Shown in pieces: positions 28,389 through 39,575 of a stretch of 64,000 bases of DNA. The stretch lies in NCBI GenBank assembly GCA_036339735.1, contig JAYZAL010000019.1, positions 42,859 to 106,858 on the forward strand. Direction: 5' to 3'. Below the pieces are notes generated by a model. That model did not search any database. It saw only the letters and a list, made by a program, of their open reading frames with translations, and was not told the origin of the DNA. How positions within the stretch are numbered: the first letter of the stretch is position 1; each line of letters begins with the position of its first letter. Origin of the DNA: Candidatus Poribacteria bacterium (lineage in GTDB: Bacteria > Poribacteria > WGA-4E > UBA9662). Position numbers and translations under genes: made by a program.

Positions 28389-29291
28389 TTGAACATGTAT
28401 GAAAAAATCGGAATTGTCACCAATATCTGGGCCCAAAGAATGGATCAAGGAGACTCATTTATTGATTTAGCACAACAATTTGGCCAGAATGGTTTTACCC
28501 AATTTGAAGTGCGGGACGGTGATTATTTACGTCAATCAATGTTTGGTGACTTGTTGGAAAAATTGAAAGATGTTATGAGAAATTATAACACGGAAGAGTG
28601 GGAAGAAATCTGCAGAAGCATTTGGCAATCAACTGAAAAAAAAGAATTTGTCGTCGAACATCAACAACTATTCCAACAATTTGGAGATTTCGTCGCAAAA
28701 ATTTTCCCTTTTCGGTTTAGTTATGCGATTTCTCACCCTTGGCTATCTCAACCAGATGATTTATTAGCTGATAATAATTTTATTAAACAGGCAAAACGGC
28801 TATCTTACCTATTTTGTCCACAATCACCTAGGTTACGGCTAGTAGACTTGACAAGTCCTATTTCTGTAGATTTTGAAACGGCGAAAAGTAATATCAACCG
28901 CTACCTAAATTTGTCCCCCCCAACGATTTTTGCTGTCGAAAATGCTGTTCAGCCAGCTACTGACTTAATTAAGCTAATTGAACATACTCCAGTAGTTTTG
29001 ACTTATGATGAAGCTAATTCGTATCAACCTGATGGATCTGTAAAAGACGATTTATCTGCATTCTGGAGAAGCATTCAGATGAAGGATCTAACTTCTGTTC
29101 ACTTTAAACAAAAGACAACTGATGGGGTGCTAACTGAGTTAGAAGATGGTTGGGTTGATTTAAGGTCTATTATACGGAAACTTAATCAGAGTAATTATCA
29201 AGGGGATCTTCTACTAGAAAATACGCCTTCTAACGATCCATTAACCGATGCGATAAATAGTCGTCATTATTTGTTGGATTGTCTTGATTAG
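28389..29291 (+). CDS. Xylose isomerase-like TIM-barrel protein
   Basis: AVEN, TYDEAN, VHFKQ, YQGDLLLE. Confidence 0.65.
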   Translation: MNMYEKIGIVTNIWAQRMDQGDSFIDLAQQFGQNGFTQFEVRDGDYLRQSMFGDLLEKLKDVMRNYNTEEWEEICRSIWQSTEKKEFVVEHQQLFQQFGDFVAKIFPFRFSYAISHPWLSQPDDLLADNNFIKQAKRLSYLFCPQSPRLRLVDLTSPISVDFETAKSNINRYLNLSPPTIFAVENAVQPATDLIKLIEHTPVVLTYDEANSYQPDGSVKDDLSAFWRSIQMKDLTSVHFKQKTTDGVLTELEDGWVDLRSIIRKLNQSNYQGDLLLENTPSNDPLTDAINSRHYLLDCLD

Positions 29292-29295
29292 TTGT

Positions 29296-30288
29296 CTAAG
29301 ATAAGTGGCAACGGGAAAAATTGCCGGGAGAAATTTCTCGTAAATCCGGTCGCTCGACTCGACAACGTTCTTCAACTTTCGAGCAGCGAGGATGAAACAC
29401 GCAACCAGTTGGTAAGTTGGATGGGTCAGCTACTTCCCCCGATAAAAGCTGACGATCGGGTTTAATTATAGGATCTGGCATTGGGACCGCTTCCAAGAGA
29501 GCTTCAGTATAAGGGTGATTGGGTTTTGTCATGATTTCTCTGGCAGAACCTAATTCTACTAAACGACCAGCATACATGACAGCAATTCGATCTGATATGT
29601 GTCCTACAACACTTAAATCATGAGCGATAAACAAATAAGTTAATTTAAAGGCACTTTGCAAATCTTGTAGTAGGTTCAAGACTTGGGCTTGGACGGAGAC
29701 ATCAAGAGCAGAAACAGGTTCATCAGCAACTATTAGTTTTGGTTTCAATGCTAATGCTCTAGCAATACCGATACGTTGTCTTTGTCCACCACTGAACGCA
29801 TGAGGATATCGGCGTAAATGCTCAGTTTTGAGGCCCACTTGCTCAAGTAAATCGCAAATAATATTTTCTCGTTCGGAGTTGTTAACCATTCCGTTAACCA
29901 ATAATGGTTCGCCAATAATTTCAGCAACTGTCATACGAGGATTAAGAGATGAATAGGGGTCTTGAAAAATCATTTGCATGTATCGCCTTAGTGGTCGTAA
30001 TTCGTGGGTCTCGAGACTAGCTAAATCATAACTTTTTCCATTAATTTGAAAAATCACCTCACCGGCTGTTGGCTTTAGGGCACGTAATATAGTTCGACCC
30101 ACGGTTGTTTTCCCTGAACCACTTTCTCCTACTAATCCAAGGCATTCGCCTGAGTACAATTCGAAGCTAACGCCATCTACTGCTTTTATTTGTCCGACTA
30201 CTTTATTAAAAAACCCTTTTTTAATAGGGAAATGTTTTTTCACCCCCCGAACTTCTAGTAATGGAAATTTGGCAGTTTCTTTATTCAC
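29296..30288 (-). CDS. Oligopeptide/dipeptide ABC ATPase (OppF/DppF)
   Basis: [36 protein letters not shown]. Confidence 0.95.
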   Translation of the reverse strand: MNKETAKFPLLEVRGVKKHFPIKKGFFNKVVGQIKAVDGVSFELYSGECLGLVGESGSGKTTVGRTILRALKPTAGEVIFQINGKSYDLASLETHELRPLRRYMQMIFQDPYSSLNPRMTVAEIIGEPLLVNGMVNNSERENIICDLLEQVGLKTEHLRRYPHAFSGGQRQRIGIARALALKPKLIVADEPVSALDVSVQAQVLNLLQDLQSAFKLTYLFIAHDLSVVGHISDRIAVMYAGRLVELGSAREIMTKPNHPYTEALLEAVPMPDPIIKPDRQLLSGEVADPSNLPTGCVFHPRCSKVEERCRVERPDLREISPGNFSRCHLS

Positions 30289-31306
30289 TTTTCTGGTTCT
30301 TAATAATCTTGAATAGTGGTTGTCTTTTAACGCAGGCGGCTTGGTGATTTTTTTTAATAGTTGTTAATGGTGGAGGATGACCCGTGTTACAATCTCCGGA
30401 TATAAACTCCTCACAGCGAGGATGAAATGGACAACCATCAATTTTTTCAAAAGGACTAGGAACAGTTCCAGTTATAGCACGAAGTTTGGTTTTTGGTGCC
30501 TTATCTGGTCTTGGAATAGAATTCAGTAAAGCTTTAGTGTAAGGATGCTGAGGGTATTGAAAAATCTCGCTAACTTGTGCTTGTTCGACTATACGCCCTG
30601 AGTACATGACAGCAACATAGTCAGCCATTTCAGCCACGACACCAAGATCATGTGTAATTAACAAAATCGACATTGACAGATCTTTTTGCAAATCTCGCAT
30701 CAGTTGTAAAATTTGAGCTTGGATAGTCACATCTAAGGCGGTAGTAGGTTCATCGGCAATAAGAAGTTTAGGTTGACAAGAAAGAGCCATGGCGATCACA
30801 GCCCTTTGCCTGAGACCACCACTCATTTGATGAGGATACTGATTAAAACGCTCTGTTGGGTTTGGAATACCCACTCGGCCCATAATGTCGATCACTTTTT
30901 TTTTCGCTGAATTTTTGTTGGTTTTCATGTGGAGCCTAATTGCTTCCATGATCTGATTACCAACAGTATGAACTGGACTCAAAGATGTCATCGGTTCTTG
31001 GAAAATCATGGCAATCTCATGACCTCTGATTGAGCGCATTGTTTTTCCTTCGCTTGGTAAGTTAGTCAATACTAGGTCATTTCGATTATGCCATATGATA
31101 TCTCCACCAACGATACGACCTGGTGGAGATATTAGCTGTAGGATCGAGAAAGCCGTAACGCTTTTTCCTGAACCGCTTTCTCCCACAATAGCCAAGGTTT
31201 GACCGGATGGAATTTCTAAATAAACTCCATTGACTGCTTGAACAACACCTTCATCTAAGAAGAAGTGTGTTTTCAGGTTGTTTATGGTTAAGAGAGGTTT
31301 AGACAT
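30281..31306 (-). CDS. Oligopeptide/dipeptide ABC ATPase (OppD/DppD)
   Basis: [32 protein letters not shown]. Confidence 0.95.
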   Translation of the reverse strand: MSKPLLTINNLKTHFFLDEGVVQAVNGVYLEIPSGQTLAIVGESGSGKSVTAFSILQLISPPGRIVGGDIIWHNRNDLVLTNLPSEGKTMRSIRGHEIAMIFQEPMTSLSPVHTVGNQIMEAIRLHMKTNKNSAKKKVIDIMGRVGIPNPTERFNQYPHQMSGGLRQRAVIAMALSCQPKLLIADEPTTALDVTIQAQILQLMRDLQKDLSMSILLITHDLGVVAEMADYVAVMYSGRIVEQAQVSEIFQYPQHPYTKALLNSIPRPDKAPKTKLRAITGTVPSPFEKIDGCPFHPRCEEFISGDCNTGHPPPLTTIKKNHQAACVKRQPLFKIIKNQKSE

Positions 31307-31320
31307 AAAACTCACTAGAT

Positions 31321-32472
31321 TTATCCACGGTCGTAAGGGTCCGCTGCATCACGTAAACCATCCCCCATAAAATTAAAGACTAATACAGTTAGAATTACGA
31401 AAACTGAAGGCGTCAGCAACCACGGATAGAATGCAACGGTTTGAATGTTTTGAGCTTCCTGTAGTAATACTCCCCAACTAGTAATTGGGGGTCTCAACCC
31501 TAATCCCAAAAAGCTGAGCGAGGTTTCACCAATTATCATACCAGGAATAGCTAAAGTTAAACTAACGATAATATGACTCATGAACGAAGGTAGGAGATGG
31601 TATAACATTATACGGATTTGGCTAGCTCCAGCTAACATGGCGGCAGTTGCAAAATCTTCTTCTCTTAGCGATAGAATTTTGCTTCTCACCTGACGTGCAA
31701 GCCCAGTCCAACCGATAATTGAGAGTACTACGGTAATACCGAAATAGATTTGGATGGGAGACCAAGTTGAAGGTAGTACTGCCGACAGTGCCATCCAGAG
31801 AGGAATTTGTGGAAACGAGCGAATGATTTCAATAATACGCTGAATTACGTTATCAACCCATCCTCCATAATAACCTGAGACAACACCTATCAACAATCCT
31901 AACAAAAAGCTCATCCCTACACCAATCAGACCAATTGTTAGCGATACTCTTGCACCATAAATAATCCGGGACAACAGATCACGCCCCATAGAATCAGTAC
32001 CAAGTAGAAACAAAGTCCCACCATCACCAATACCGATCAAATGGATTTTCGTTTCAAATAAACCCCAGAAACGATAAGGATGACCTTGAGTAAATAATTG
32101 AATCGGATATTTGTGATTTTTGTCTTCCTGATAGAATTTCTGCAAAGTTTCAGGGTCACGCTTACCTTTGAGTCCATAGACAAAAGGCCATAAATGTAAT
32201 CCATCATCGGATATAAAGTGGATCTGTTGTGGTGGTGCATAGGCGTATGAAGTGTCTTGAAATGATAAAGGGTAGGGTGCCAAAAACTCACAAAATAAAG
32301 CCATTAAATAAAGGCAAGCTAACATCATCATTGACCATACAGCAATACGATGCCGACGGAATTTCCACCACATTAACTGCCATTGAGAAGCTGTGGAAAA
32401 ACTGTTTCTCAAATCATTATCTAGAGTTTCATCCTTCGTGTTTTTAGATGAACTAGTAGTTAAAGTCGACAC
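31321..32472 (-). CDS. Oligopeptide ABC permease (OppC/DppC)
   Basis: LGTDSMGRD, GARVSL, LSFLGLG, SWG, GDGLRDAADP. Confidence 0.95.
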   Translation of the reverse strand: MSTLTTSSSKNTKDETLDNDLRNSFSTASQWQLMWWKFRRHRIAVWSMMMLACLYLMALFCEFLAPYPLSFQDTSYAYAPPQQIHFISDDGLHLWPFVYGLKGKRDPETLQKFYQEDKNHKYPIQLFTQGHPYRFWGLFETKIHLIGIGDGGTLFLLGTDSMGRDLLSRIIYGARVSLTIGLIGVGMSFLLGLLIGVVSGYYGGWVDNVIQRIIEIIRSFPQIPLWMALSAVLPSTWSPIQIYFGITVVLSIIGWTGLARQVRSKILSLREEDFATAAMLAGASQIRIMLYHLLPSFMSHIIVSLTLAIPGMIIGETSLSFLGLGLRPPITSWGVLLQEAQNIQTVAFYPWLLTPSVFVILTVLVFNFMGDGLRDAADPYDRG

Positions 32473-32777
32473 TGACGGAATCTCATTTTTTAGCCTTATA
32501 TTATTTTGTGCCTATAATTCTACGATAAAAGTAACAAAATTTCACTAAATTGTAACAATAAACACCCCAAATTAACGGGCAACACCAACAACTTTGAAAT
32601 TGATTGATTTAATAACAAAAATAATTATGTTAAACTTTATTTGACTGACAGGTCTATTTAGAAGAACACATCAACCCTAACAGAGATGAAATTTTACTAT
32701 CTTTTTACTGTCTTTAGGATCTATATTGGTAAATAATAAATGTTAAAACTTAATTCTTTTATTAATCGAATATTAAG

Positions 32778-33419
32778 ATGGATTTTCTGAGCCAATTTTA
32801 TTTAGCTTTCACTATTTTTTCGGTGGGTATTACGGTCTTGGATCTGATCGGGGTGTTAGGACAATCAGATGACGATGTAGATGTTTCTTTATCAGATGCA
32901 TCATTATCAAACGATAATCCCGAAACTGATCTGACAATAGTCGACGATGCCGAAACAGATGTTGTGTTGCCAGATAACCCAGATTCACCGTTAAATTCTT
33001 CGGTTCTATCTTTATTATCTTATCTCAGAAGTTTGGTTTATTTTGGATTGGGTTTTGGACCAATGGGCGTATTTTCTTGGGCGACTAATAACACTGGTCT
33101 GAACAGCTTGTTTTGGTCAATACCCTCTGGTATTTTGGCTACTATTCTGGCTCGTGTATTTTTTCGTTTTCAAAAAACACAAACTGACTCAACTCTCAAA
33201 CCTCAGGAAATTTTATTCCAACAGGCAAATGTAACTATACCGATTTCTCATGACCAGATGGGAAAAATCCGCATTCAAATTGGTATGAATGTGGCCGAGT
33301 ATTATGCGTTATCCCGAGTAACCGATGATTCTTTCAGGAAGGACGAAGTTGTTTGGATTACTGAAATAACAGACGAATATGTTTTTGTAGAACGAGATTT
33401 ACTCACACATACTGATTAA
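32778..33419 (+). CDS. NfeD-like membrane protein
   Basis: TM segments, acidic linker, C-terminal OB-fold-like region; precedes SPFH genes. Confidence 0.7.
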   Translation: MDFLSQFYLAFTIFSVGITVLDLIGVLGQSDDDVDVSLSDASLSNDNPETDLTIVDDAETDVVLPDNPDSPLNSSVLSLLSYLRSLVYFGLGFGPMGVFSWATNNTGLNSLFWSIPSGILATILARVFFRFQKTQTDSTLKPQEILFQQANVTIPISHDQMGKIRIQIGMNVAEYYALSRVTDDSFRKDEVVWITEITDEYVFVERDLLTHTD

Positions 33420-33437
33420 TTTAGTTAGGAGGTTTTC

Positions 33438-34850
33438 ATGCTAACCTTAGCTGGCACATCAACCAATCCCGTTCTGTTTGGTGGATTAGGTCTTTTGGCC
33501 TTTTTGGCTTTGATTACTATTTTGAAATCGTTTGTTCGTGTTTGCCCAACTAACCAAATCCTAGTAATAACAGGAGCTAAAACTAATGTAGGTGGTAAGC
33601 AATACGGATTCCGTATCCAAAGGGGTGGGTGGACTACGGTGATTCCGTTCATTCAGGGAGTCGAGCGTATTGACTTGGGTATTATACCAATCAATGTTCA
33701 AATCGAAAATGTCAATTCAGCTAATGGAATTACCGTCGGAGCTGATGCAACTGCTTGTGTTTGCGTAGATGATACAGTGGAAACACAATTGTACCAAGCT
33801 ATTCAACAATTGCTGGGTAAAAGTAGAGAACAAATTACAGATCAGATTCAGCAAACTATGGTTGGTAATTTTAGGGCTGCACTTAACAAGACTACACCAC
33901 TTCAAGCTATTGGTATGGTCGAAAGTGCTGATAATATTGGCGAAAAGGAGTTAACGACAACAACTACAATCGATGTTGGAATTAACACCGAATCAACGAC
34001 TGATAGAGACTCGGACGGGGAAAGGGCTTTGTTTCGTAGTGTTTTATTACAGGATTGTAGAGAAGATTTGTCGACTTTTGGTATTGACGTAGTTTCTGTT
34101 TCTTTACAGAGAATTTGGGATACTTCAAACTATATCTCAAATTTAGCAAACAAAACATTATCAAAAAAAAGACAAGATGTTGAAATCGAAGAAACAGGTT
34201 TGAAAGCTAGAGCTGAACAAGCCGAATCTGATTCAGAACGACTGATATCAGTCAGTCAAAGTAAAGCTAATGAAGAGATTTTAGCAATTCAGCAAGACGT
34301 TGACTTATTTACCAAAGAGGCCGAGGCACAGATCAGCCAAGCTGGACTCGAAGCTACGAGTTCAGTAGAAAAATCGGATAGCGAAGGGCAGCGTCGAGTT
34401 CAGGAATTGTTAGTTGAACTGCAAAAACTCAAGAACCAGTCCGAAATCACAATACCGGCTGAGGCCGAGCGTAGAGCAGCTGAAATCACAGCTGAAGGTG
34501 AAGCAAAGTCAGTTGAAATTACCGAGGTGGCTAAAAACGAATTGCTTCAGCAAAAAGCAGAACTTCTAACTCAAGCTGGAGACATCGGTAAAATAGCACT
34601 CTTCTTCACTAAAATCCCATCTCTGTTCGATGCCTACGCAGAAAATGCTAAAGATCTAAAAGTTAACAACTTATTAGTTTTAAATGAAAAAGACGGGTTC
34701 AATAGTGCGGTTAATCGAGGTCCTGCGGCTTTTGTTGATTTTTTATATCAATTTGAAAAGGGGTTTGGTATAAGTGTCCGCCAATTGATGACTCAGAAGA
34801 ACTCACCCCATCCGCGCCGAGATGACAATCAAATTTTGGAGGAAGCATAA
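33438..34850 (+). CDS. Flotillin/SPFH domain protein
   Basis: N-terminal TM, CPTNQILVITG, SPFH domain, AE-rich coiled coil, IPAEAE. Confidence 0.9.
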   Translation: MLTLAGTSTNPVLFGGLGLLAFLALITILKSFVRVCPTNQILVITGAKTNVGGKQYGFRIQRGGWTTVIPFIQGVERIDLGIIPINVQIENVNSANGITVGADATACVCVDDTVETQLYQAIQQLLGKSREQITDQIQQTMVGNFRAALNKTTPLQAIGMVESADNIGEKELTTTTTIDVGINTESTTDRDSDGERALFRSVLLQDCREDLSTFGIDVVSVSLQRIWDTSNYISNLANKTLSKKRQDVEIEETGLKARAEQAESDSERLISVSQSKANEEILAIQQDVDLFTKEAEAQISQAGLEATSSVEKSDSEGQRRVQELLVELQKLKNQSEITIPAEAERRAAEITAEGEAKSVEITEVAKNELLQQKAELLTQAGDIGKIALFFTKIPSLFDAYAENAKDLKVNNLLVLNEKDGFNSAVNRGPAAFVDFLYQFEKGFGISVRQLMTQKNSPHPRRDDNQILEEA

Positions 34851-36253
34851 TGGGTACGATAATATTTTTGATAACTCTTGGCGGTCTGATCTCAATAACT
34901 CTGTTTGTCCAGTTAATTTCTCGTATGAAGTTGGTTCCGCCCAGCGAGCTTGCCGTAGTTCATGGTCGTAATAAGACATATCGAGGCGGTAGAATTTTTG
35001 TGTATCCTCTAATTGAGCGGTTTGATACGATGGACCTGACTCCACAGACGACTAGTGTGGTGGTCGAGTCAGCAATTGCATCAGGAATTGTCCCCCTAAC
35101 AGTAACAGCTACTGTTAGTTACGCAATATCGACCAGTGAAAAGGGTAGGCAAAATGCAATAAAGCGTATTTTAGAAATGACCAAGGGTGAAAAGTCTAAA
35201 CTACAGACTATTGCTAGCTCTATAATCGAAGGTCATTTGAGAGATTCAATTGCAGCAATGACACCAGAAGAAGTAATGCGAGAAAAAGATCAGCTGATTT
35301 CAAACATGATCCAAATCTGTAAATCAGATTTAGAAGGGATTGGTTTAGAAATTACTACTATGAACATCGCCGACGTCGATGACCATAGACTTAGTGGAGT
35401 TGAGGAGAAACATCTATACATTGATCTTCTAAAGCGTGTACAGACAACTAACGCTGACTCTCAATCCCGAGAAGCGAAAGCTAATGCTGAATCTAGTGCT
35501 CGTGAGAAAGAAGAGCAAAGACGAGCGGAAGTAGAAAAAATACGGCTAGAAAATGAACGCCAAAATCTGGAAGCTGAGTTAAAGGTTAAGATTGCACGAG
35601 AGAAACAACGTAGTGCTGTTGGCGCACAGGAGGCATTAAGGAATGCTGAGTCTGAAGTAGCCGGAATTGAAGCCCAGATTGAAGCTGAAAAGCAGAGAAT
35701 TGAGATGGTTAGAGCCAAATGTGAGGCTGAAATATTAATTCCAGCTCAAGCAGAGAGAGATAAGGCGATTGAGTTATCTAGAGCTGAAGCCGCCAAGATT
35801 CGAGGAGAAGCTCAATCGGAGCTAACCCAACTTAAACGTACAATCGACATTTTGGAATCGGCCGGAGACCAAGGATTAAATGCCTACATTATCGAAAAAT
35901 TTGATGAATTAGTAAAACCGTTCGCCCAAACCCTAGATTTGTTTCCAGTAGAAGATTTATCGGTAATTGCAGGGACAACGCCAAATAATGGTCCTATTTC
36001 GTCAATTCACCCTCATTCTGTCGACTTGGAACTTAACCGTAGAGTTGAGGCCATAATCTCTAATCAACAAAAATTGGATCGAGTAGAAATGGACGCCGTC
36101 AATATTCTTCAGGATGCACTAGAACAAGAAAATGAGCAAATTGAAGAAACATCTACTTCACAAGGTAGTAAGAAAAGTAATCGAGATTCACGTCAAGAAC
36201 GGGTGCAACGTTTCAAGAGTCTACGAAAGCAACATGACTCTGACCAAGACTAG
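34850..36253 (+). CDS. Flotillin/SPFH domain protein
   Basis: TM, EGHLRD..MTPEE..DLEGIGL, coiled coil, IPAQAE; TAATG-coupled. Confidence 0.9.
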   Translation: MGTIIFLITLGGLISITLFVQLISRMKLVPPSELAVVHGRNKTYRGGRIFVYPLIERFDTMDLTPQTTSVVVESAIASGIVPLTVTATVSYAISTSEKGRQNAIKRILEMTKGEKSKLQTIASSIIEGHLRDSIAAMTPEEVMREKDQLISNMIQICKSDLEGIGLEITTMNIADVDDHRLSGVEEKHLYIDLLKRVQTTNADSQSREAKANAESSAREKEEQRRAEVEKIRLENERQNLEAELKVKIAREKQRSAVGAQEALRNAESEVAGIEAQIEAEKQRIEMVRAKCEAEILIPAQAERDKAIELSRAEAAKIRGEAQSELTQLKRTIDILESAGDQGLNAYIIEKFDELVKPFAQTLDLFPVEDLSVIAGTTPNNGPISSIHPHSVDLELNRRVEAIISNQQKLDRVEMDAVNILQDALEQENEQIEETSTSQGSKKSNRDSRQERVQRFKSLRKQHDSDQD

Positions 36254-36310
36254 TTGACCTTATCTGCTAAGTGACTGAAAAAATTGATTTATTTAATTCA
36301 AGGAGAATGA

Positions 36311-37444
36311 TTGAAAATAACTAACATCAAAACCTTCATGGTACAAATTAATAACCGATCTCGTGCCTTGATAAAAATTGAAACAAATGAAGGTATTCAT
36401 GGTTGGGGGGAAGCTTATTCAATTGGTCCAGATTTAGCAGCAGAACCCATTGCTAACTACATTTTTGAGTTAATAAAAGGGGAAGATCCTAGACGGATTG
36501 AATATCTCATGTTGAAATTACACCAGCAGTTTCGATTTCCGATTGGTGGTGTAGGCTTGGCAGTAACTTCAGCTGTTGATCATGCATTGTGGGATATTAG
36601 CGGAAAAGCCGCTGGCTTACCTACTTACATGCTCCTGGGCGGTTCAGTTCGAGATCGAGTAGAAGTATACCTTCATTTAGGAGGTCAATCAGGTAAAGAA
36701 GCTGCTGATCAGGCAGGACGGTTGAATGAAAATTGGGGCGTAACGGTTTTTAAAACCAGTCCATATCGTGTTGATATGTTGGCCAACAGATGGGGTATGG
36801 TCTGTGCAACTGCAGCAAGTTTTTTTTCAGATTTGCGTCAGCATACGCCGAGTAATTGGGAATTTGCTTTTGATGCTCACGCAAAAGTTTTCGAGCCAAT
36901 TCGCGCATTACAGCTAGCAAATGCTTTAGCCGATTATGATCCTTATTTTTACGAAGAGCCAATTCGACCGGAACATATTCCGGCTTGGTCTCAGCTAAGA
37001 TCACAAATACAGGTTCCTCTGGCAACTGGCGAATGCTTGTATACTCGTTTTGAATTTCTGGATTTGATCACCCAAAAAGGTGCAGACATAATTCAGCCTG
37101 ATGTATGTGCATGTGGTGGACTTTTAGAAATGAAAAAAATTGCAGCTATTGGTGAAGCCCACTATGTTTCCATTGCGCCGCACAATCCGATGGGACCGCT
37201 AGCGACAGCAGTTAATTTTCACTTCGCTTTATCAACTCCGAATTTCAAGATTTTGGAATACAATCTGCCTGATGCATATCCTTGGGTTGATGAGCCTTAT
37301 TTGCCTAAAGACGGTTACTTAGAAATCCGTGACAGACCTGGCTTGGGAATAGATATAATTGAAGAAGCCATCCCAGAAAAATCTTATCAACATTGGCAAC
37401 GTGACAGCTTGACTAAACCTGATGGTTCAACCGGATACATTTAA
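36311..37444 (+). CDS. Mandelate racemase/galactonate dehydratase-like enolase-superfamily enzyme
   Basis: GWGE, ALWDISGK, DAH, EEP, TGE, QPD, APHNP. Confidence 0.9.
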   Translation: MKITNIKTFMVQINNRSRALIKIETNEGIHGWGEAYSIGPDLAAEPIANYIFELIKGEDPRRIEYLMLKLHQQFRFPIGGVGLAVTSAVDHALWDISGKAAGLPTYMLLGGSVRDRVEVYLHLGGQSGKEAADQAGRLNENWGVTVFKTSPYRVDMLANRWGMVCATAASFFSDLRQHTPSNWEFAFDAHAKVFEPIRALQLANALADYDPYFYEEPIRPEHIPAWSQLRSQIQVPLATGECLYTRFEFLDLITQKGADIIQPDVCACGGLLEMKKIAAIGEAHYVSIAPHNPMGPLATAVNFHFALSTPNFKILEYNLPDAYPWVDEPYLPKDGYLEIRDRPGLGIDIIEEAIPEKSYQHWQRDSLTKPDGSTGYI

Positions 37445-37445
37445 T

Positions 37446-37838
37446 CTAGGCTTTTTGTTCGTTACTATAACTAAAATCTGAAAGTTCAAAGAAGGTGTCT
37501 TCGAAGTTTTCTTCTTCCTGGTGTTGACACGGGAAATCCTTCTCTATCAATAGATGTAGCTGATCATTTTTATTCACTGATAGATGATATTCAATGCTAA
37601 CCTGATCCGAATTAGCCCATTGGGTAACTAATGGCTTCGGTAATTGAACAATAATGTTCCCATTGGTGTAGCTAATTTCTGGTTGGTTAATTGTATTAAG
37701 CGATTGCAGTTGATAAACCAAAGTCTGTCCAGGTCTGAAAGTCACACTCTCATCTATCTGACTTGTTTCTTGTAACTTTTTCAACTCAGACTTGCGTAAC
37801 CGCAATCGTAGGCTATTGTGTACAAAACGTAATTTCAT
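37446..37838 (-). CDS. Conserved hypothetical protein (DUF7009-like)
   Basis: MKLR...NSLRLRL..SE and LLIEKDFPC; AAGGTAG upstream. Confidence 0.7.
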   Translation of the reverse strand: MKLRFVHNSLRLRLRKSELKKLQETSQIDESVTFRPGQTLVYQLQSLNTINQPEISYTNGNIIVQLPKPLVTQWANSDQVSIEYHLSVNKNDQLHLLIEKDFPCQHQEEENFEDTFFELSDFSYSNEQKA

Positions 37839-37870
37839 TTGTCCTACGCTACCTTATGAAATCAATGTCA

Positions 37871-37942
37871 ACTATACTCAGACTGACGCTTAAGTGTCAA
37901 TCCAATCTGCTGATTGACAAACTTACCCTCCAATGCTATGCT
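37871..37942. promoter_or_regulatory. Back-to-back divergent sigma70 promoters
   Basis: Plus strand: TTGACA(37914)-17-TATGCT. Minus strand: TTGACA(37900)-18-TATAGT. Confidence 0.65.
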
Positions 37943-37949
37943 ATCGAGC

Positions 37950-38195
37950 TTTGATTAGCAAAGGTGCTTGGCGTTAAAAATATGCTTCATGTTCCTCCCT
38001 GTGGACAATCGTACTGAGTCGGTTCCATGGTTGTATTGGTTGCTCATTGAGGTTTGTTACTCTCCATAGAAATCGCCACCGAGAGAAGAGGGAAAAGAAA
38101 AATGTTTAATTCCTCTCAGAGATACGCAGGATAAAATTTACATAACAAACTAAAAGGAGCTCAGTGTTCTCCTAACTCTTAAGAGTAGGGAATTC
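37950..38195 (+). ncRNA. Candidate structured RNA (6S-like rod or long 5' leader)
   Basis: ~250 nt without a long ORF after a strong promoter; nested imperfect pairings over 37967-38130. Confidence 0.35.
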
Positions 38196-38201
38196 GACGA
38201 T

Positions 38202-38933
38202 ATGATACCTATGAGACGAATAAAAATTAAAATTGGATACCTATTATTACTCGTTTCCGTTCAGATGAACATCAGTTTTGTTCATGCATATACTGCCGAA
38301 GAAGTTTTTGATCAGTTCAAATTGGCTTATGAAAAGTCAGTGAATTTTGCCGCCGATTTTGAAGAAACTACTATTCGAAACACTAATAAAGGAATAGCTC
38401 GTGGTCGTATATCCTTTAGTAAACCTAATCTGTTACGTCAAGAGTATGTTAGCCAAGAAGACCCAGATAATATTGTCCAGTTAATTATTTTAGATGGAAA
38501 ATTCTCTTGGTCTTATACACCTTTTCTCAATCAGGTTAACCGTATGAAAATTGAGGATCCTAAGCAGAAAGAGCTGATACCTGGAATAGGTATTTCCTTG
38601 GAAGGAACAGAACAAAATTATCAAATCAACCTAGTTTTAGATGAAGCTGCTCAAAAGAAGGATATTTATCAACTCGAGTTGAAACCTAAGCCTCACTTGA
38701 TCGCCAAGAATGATGATGGTTCAAGTGTTAGTGAAGTATTGGAGATATGGATTAGTGCAAAAGACTGGCTTCCAGTCCAGTTCGGTTATCGTTCTTCTAA
38801 TCAACAAGGAGATAAAATGAGCGTCATTGTAGCATTGAAAAATATTCGTCGAAATAAGAACATACCAGCCCAAGCGTTTAGGTTTGAAATGCCAGATGAT
38901 GTCGAACTGGTTGATCTGACCGAAGAGAAATAA
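38202..38933 (+). CDS. lolA: LolA-family lipoprotein carrier protein
   Basis: Signal peptide; FxADFEE, GxxxFxKPxxLR, DGKxxWxYxP..QV, FxFxxPxxVE. Confidence 0.75.
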   Translation: MIPMRRIKIKIGYLLLLVSVQMNISFVHAYTAEEVFDQFKLAYEKSVNFAADFEETTIRNTNKGIARGRISFSKPNLLRQEYVSQEDPDNIVQLIILDGKFSWSYTPFLNQVNRMKIEDPKQKELIPGIGISLEGTEQNYQINLVLDEAAQKKDIYQLELKPKPHLIAKNDDGSSVSEVLEIWISAKDWLPVQFGYRSSNQQGDKMSVIVALKNIRRNKNIPAQAFRFEMPDDVELVDLTEEK

Positions 38934-38969
38934 ATTTGAGTTGATGGTTTCCGGTTAGGTAAATAAATA

Positions 38970-39575
38970 ATGATTGATTTCATAAAAAAGCACATTGCTA
39001 ATGCGTTAACTGTTCTTCGTTTAGTAATGACACCAATCTTTATTTTTATGTTCTTGCATGGTCAACACGTAAACGCTTTAATTATGTTTTCCTTGGCTGC
39101 CATAACCGATTTTTTAGACGGTAAATTAGCCCGAATGTATAATGTGTCAAATTTTGGAAAGATAGCTGATTCTTTAGCTGATAAATTTCTCGTTGGCGGG
39201 GCATTAGTTGTTTTTTCATTATTTCCAAAAGGAGGATTAATTCCGGCTTGGATGGTTATGGTAATCTTGTTTCGAGAGGTGATAGTAACTGTACTGAGAT
39301 CAATTTTTATTGCACGATACGGAAAAGTAGTACCTGCTAATATATGGGGTAAACTCAAGACCAACACACAAATGATTGCTGTAATTATCGTGTTGATAAT
39401 GTTTGCTTTTCGAGAGTTACGACCAGGTGTTGAACAACTAGCCTTACATTTGCAGGGACCATACGGTTCCGTTTTTTTGATGATGTGTATTCCACTGATT
39501 TGCACTGTTGCATCAGGAGGTCAGTTTTTGTGGGCGAATCGACGGGCTTTGTCGGGCTTGTTAGGTTCGAACTAA
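38970..39575 (+). CDS. pgsA: CDP-diacylglycerol--glycerol-3-phosphate 3-phosphatidyltransferase
   Basis: NxLTxxR, TDFLDGKLAR, FGKIADSLADK, RE, GKLKT. Confidence 0.9.
   Translation: MIDFIKKHIANALTVLRLVMTPIFIFMFLHGQHVNALIMFSLAAITDFLDGKLARMYNVSNFGKIADSLADKFLVGGALVVFSLFPKGGLIPAWMVMVILFREVIVTVLRSIFIARYGKVVPANIWGKLKTNTQMIAVIIVLIMFAFRELRPGVEQLALHLQGPYGSVFLMMCIPLICTVASGGQFLWANRRALSGLLGSN

Noticed and set aside
32473-32777. TAACA/TGTTA words as a regulator binding array
   Set aside because: The region is very AT-rich, so such short matches are expected by chance
32778-36253. NfeD + two flotillins as a novel system
   Set aside because: Well-known operon type
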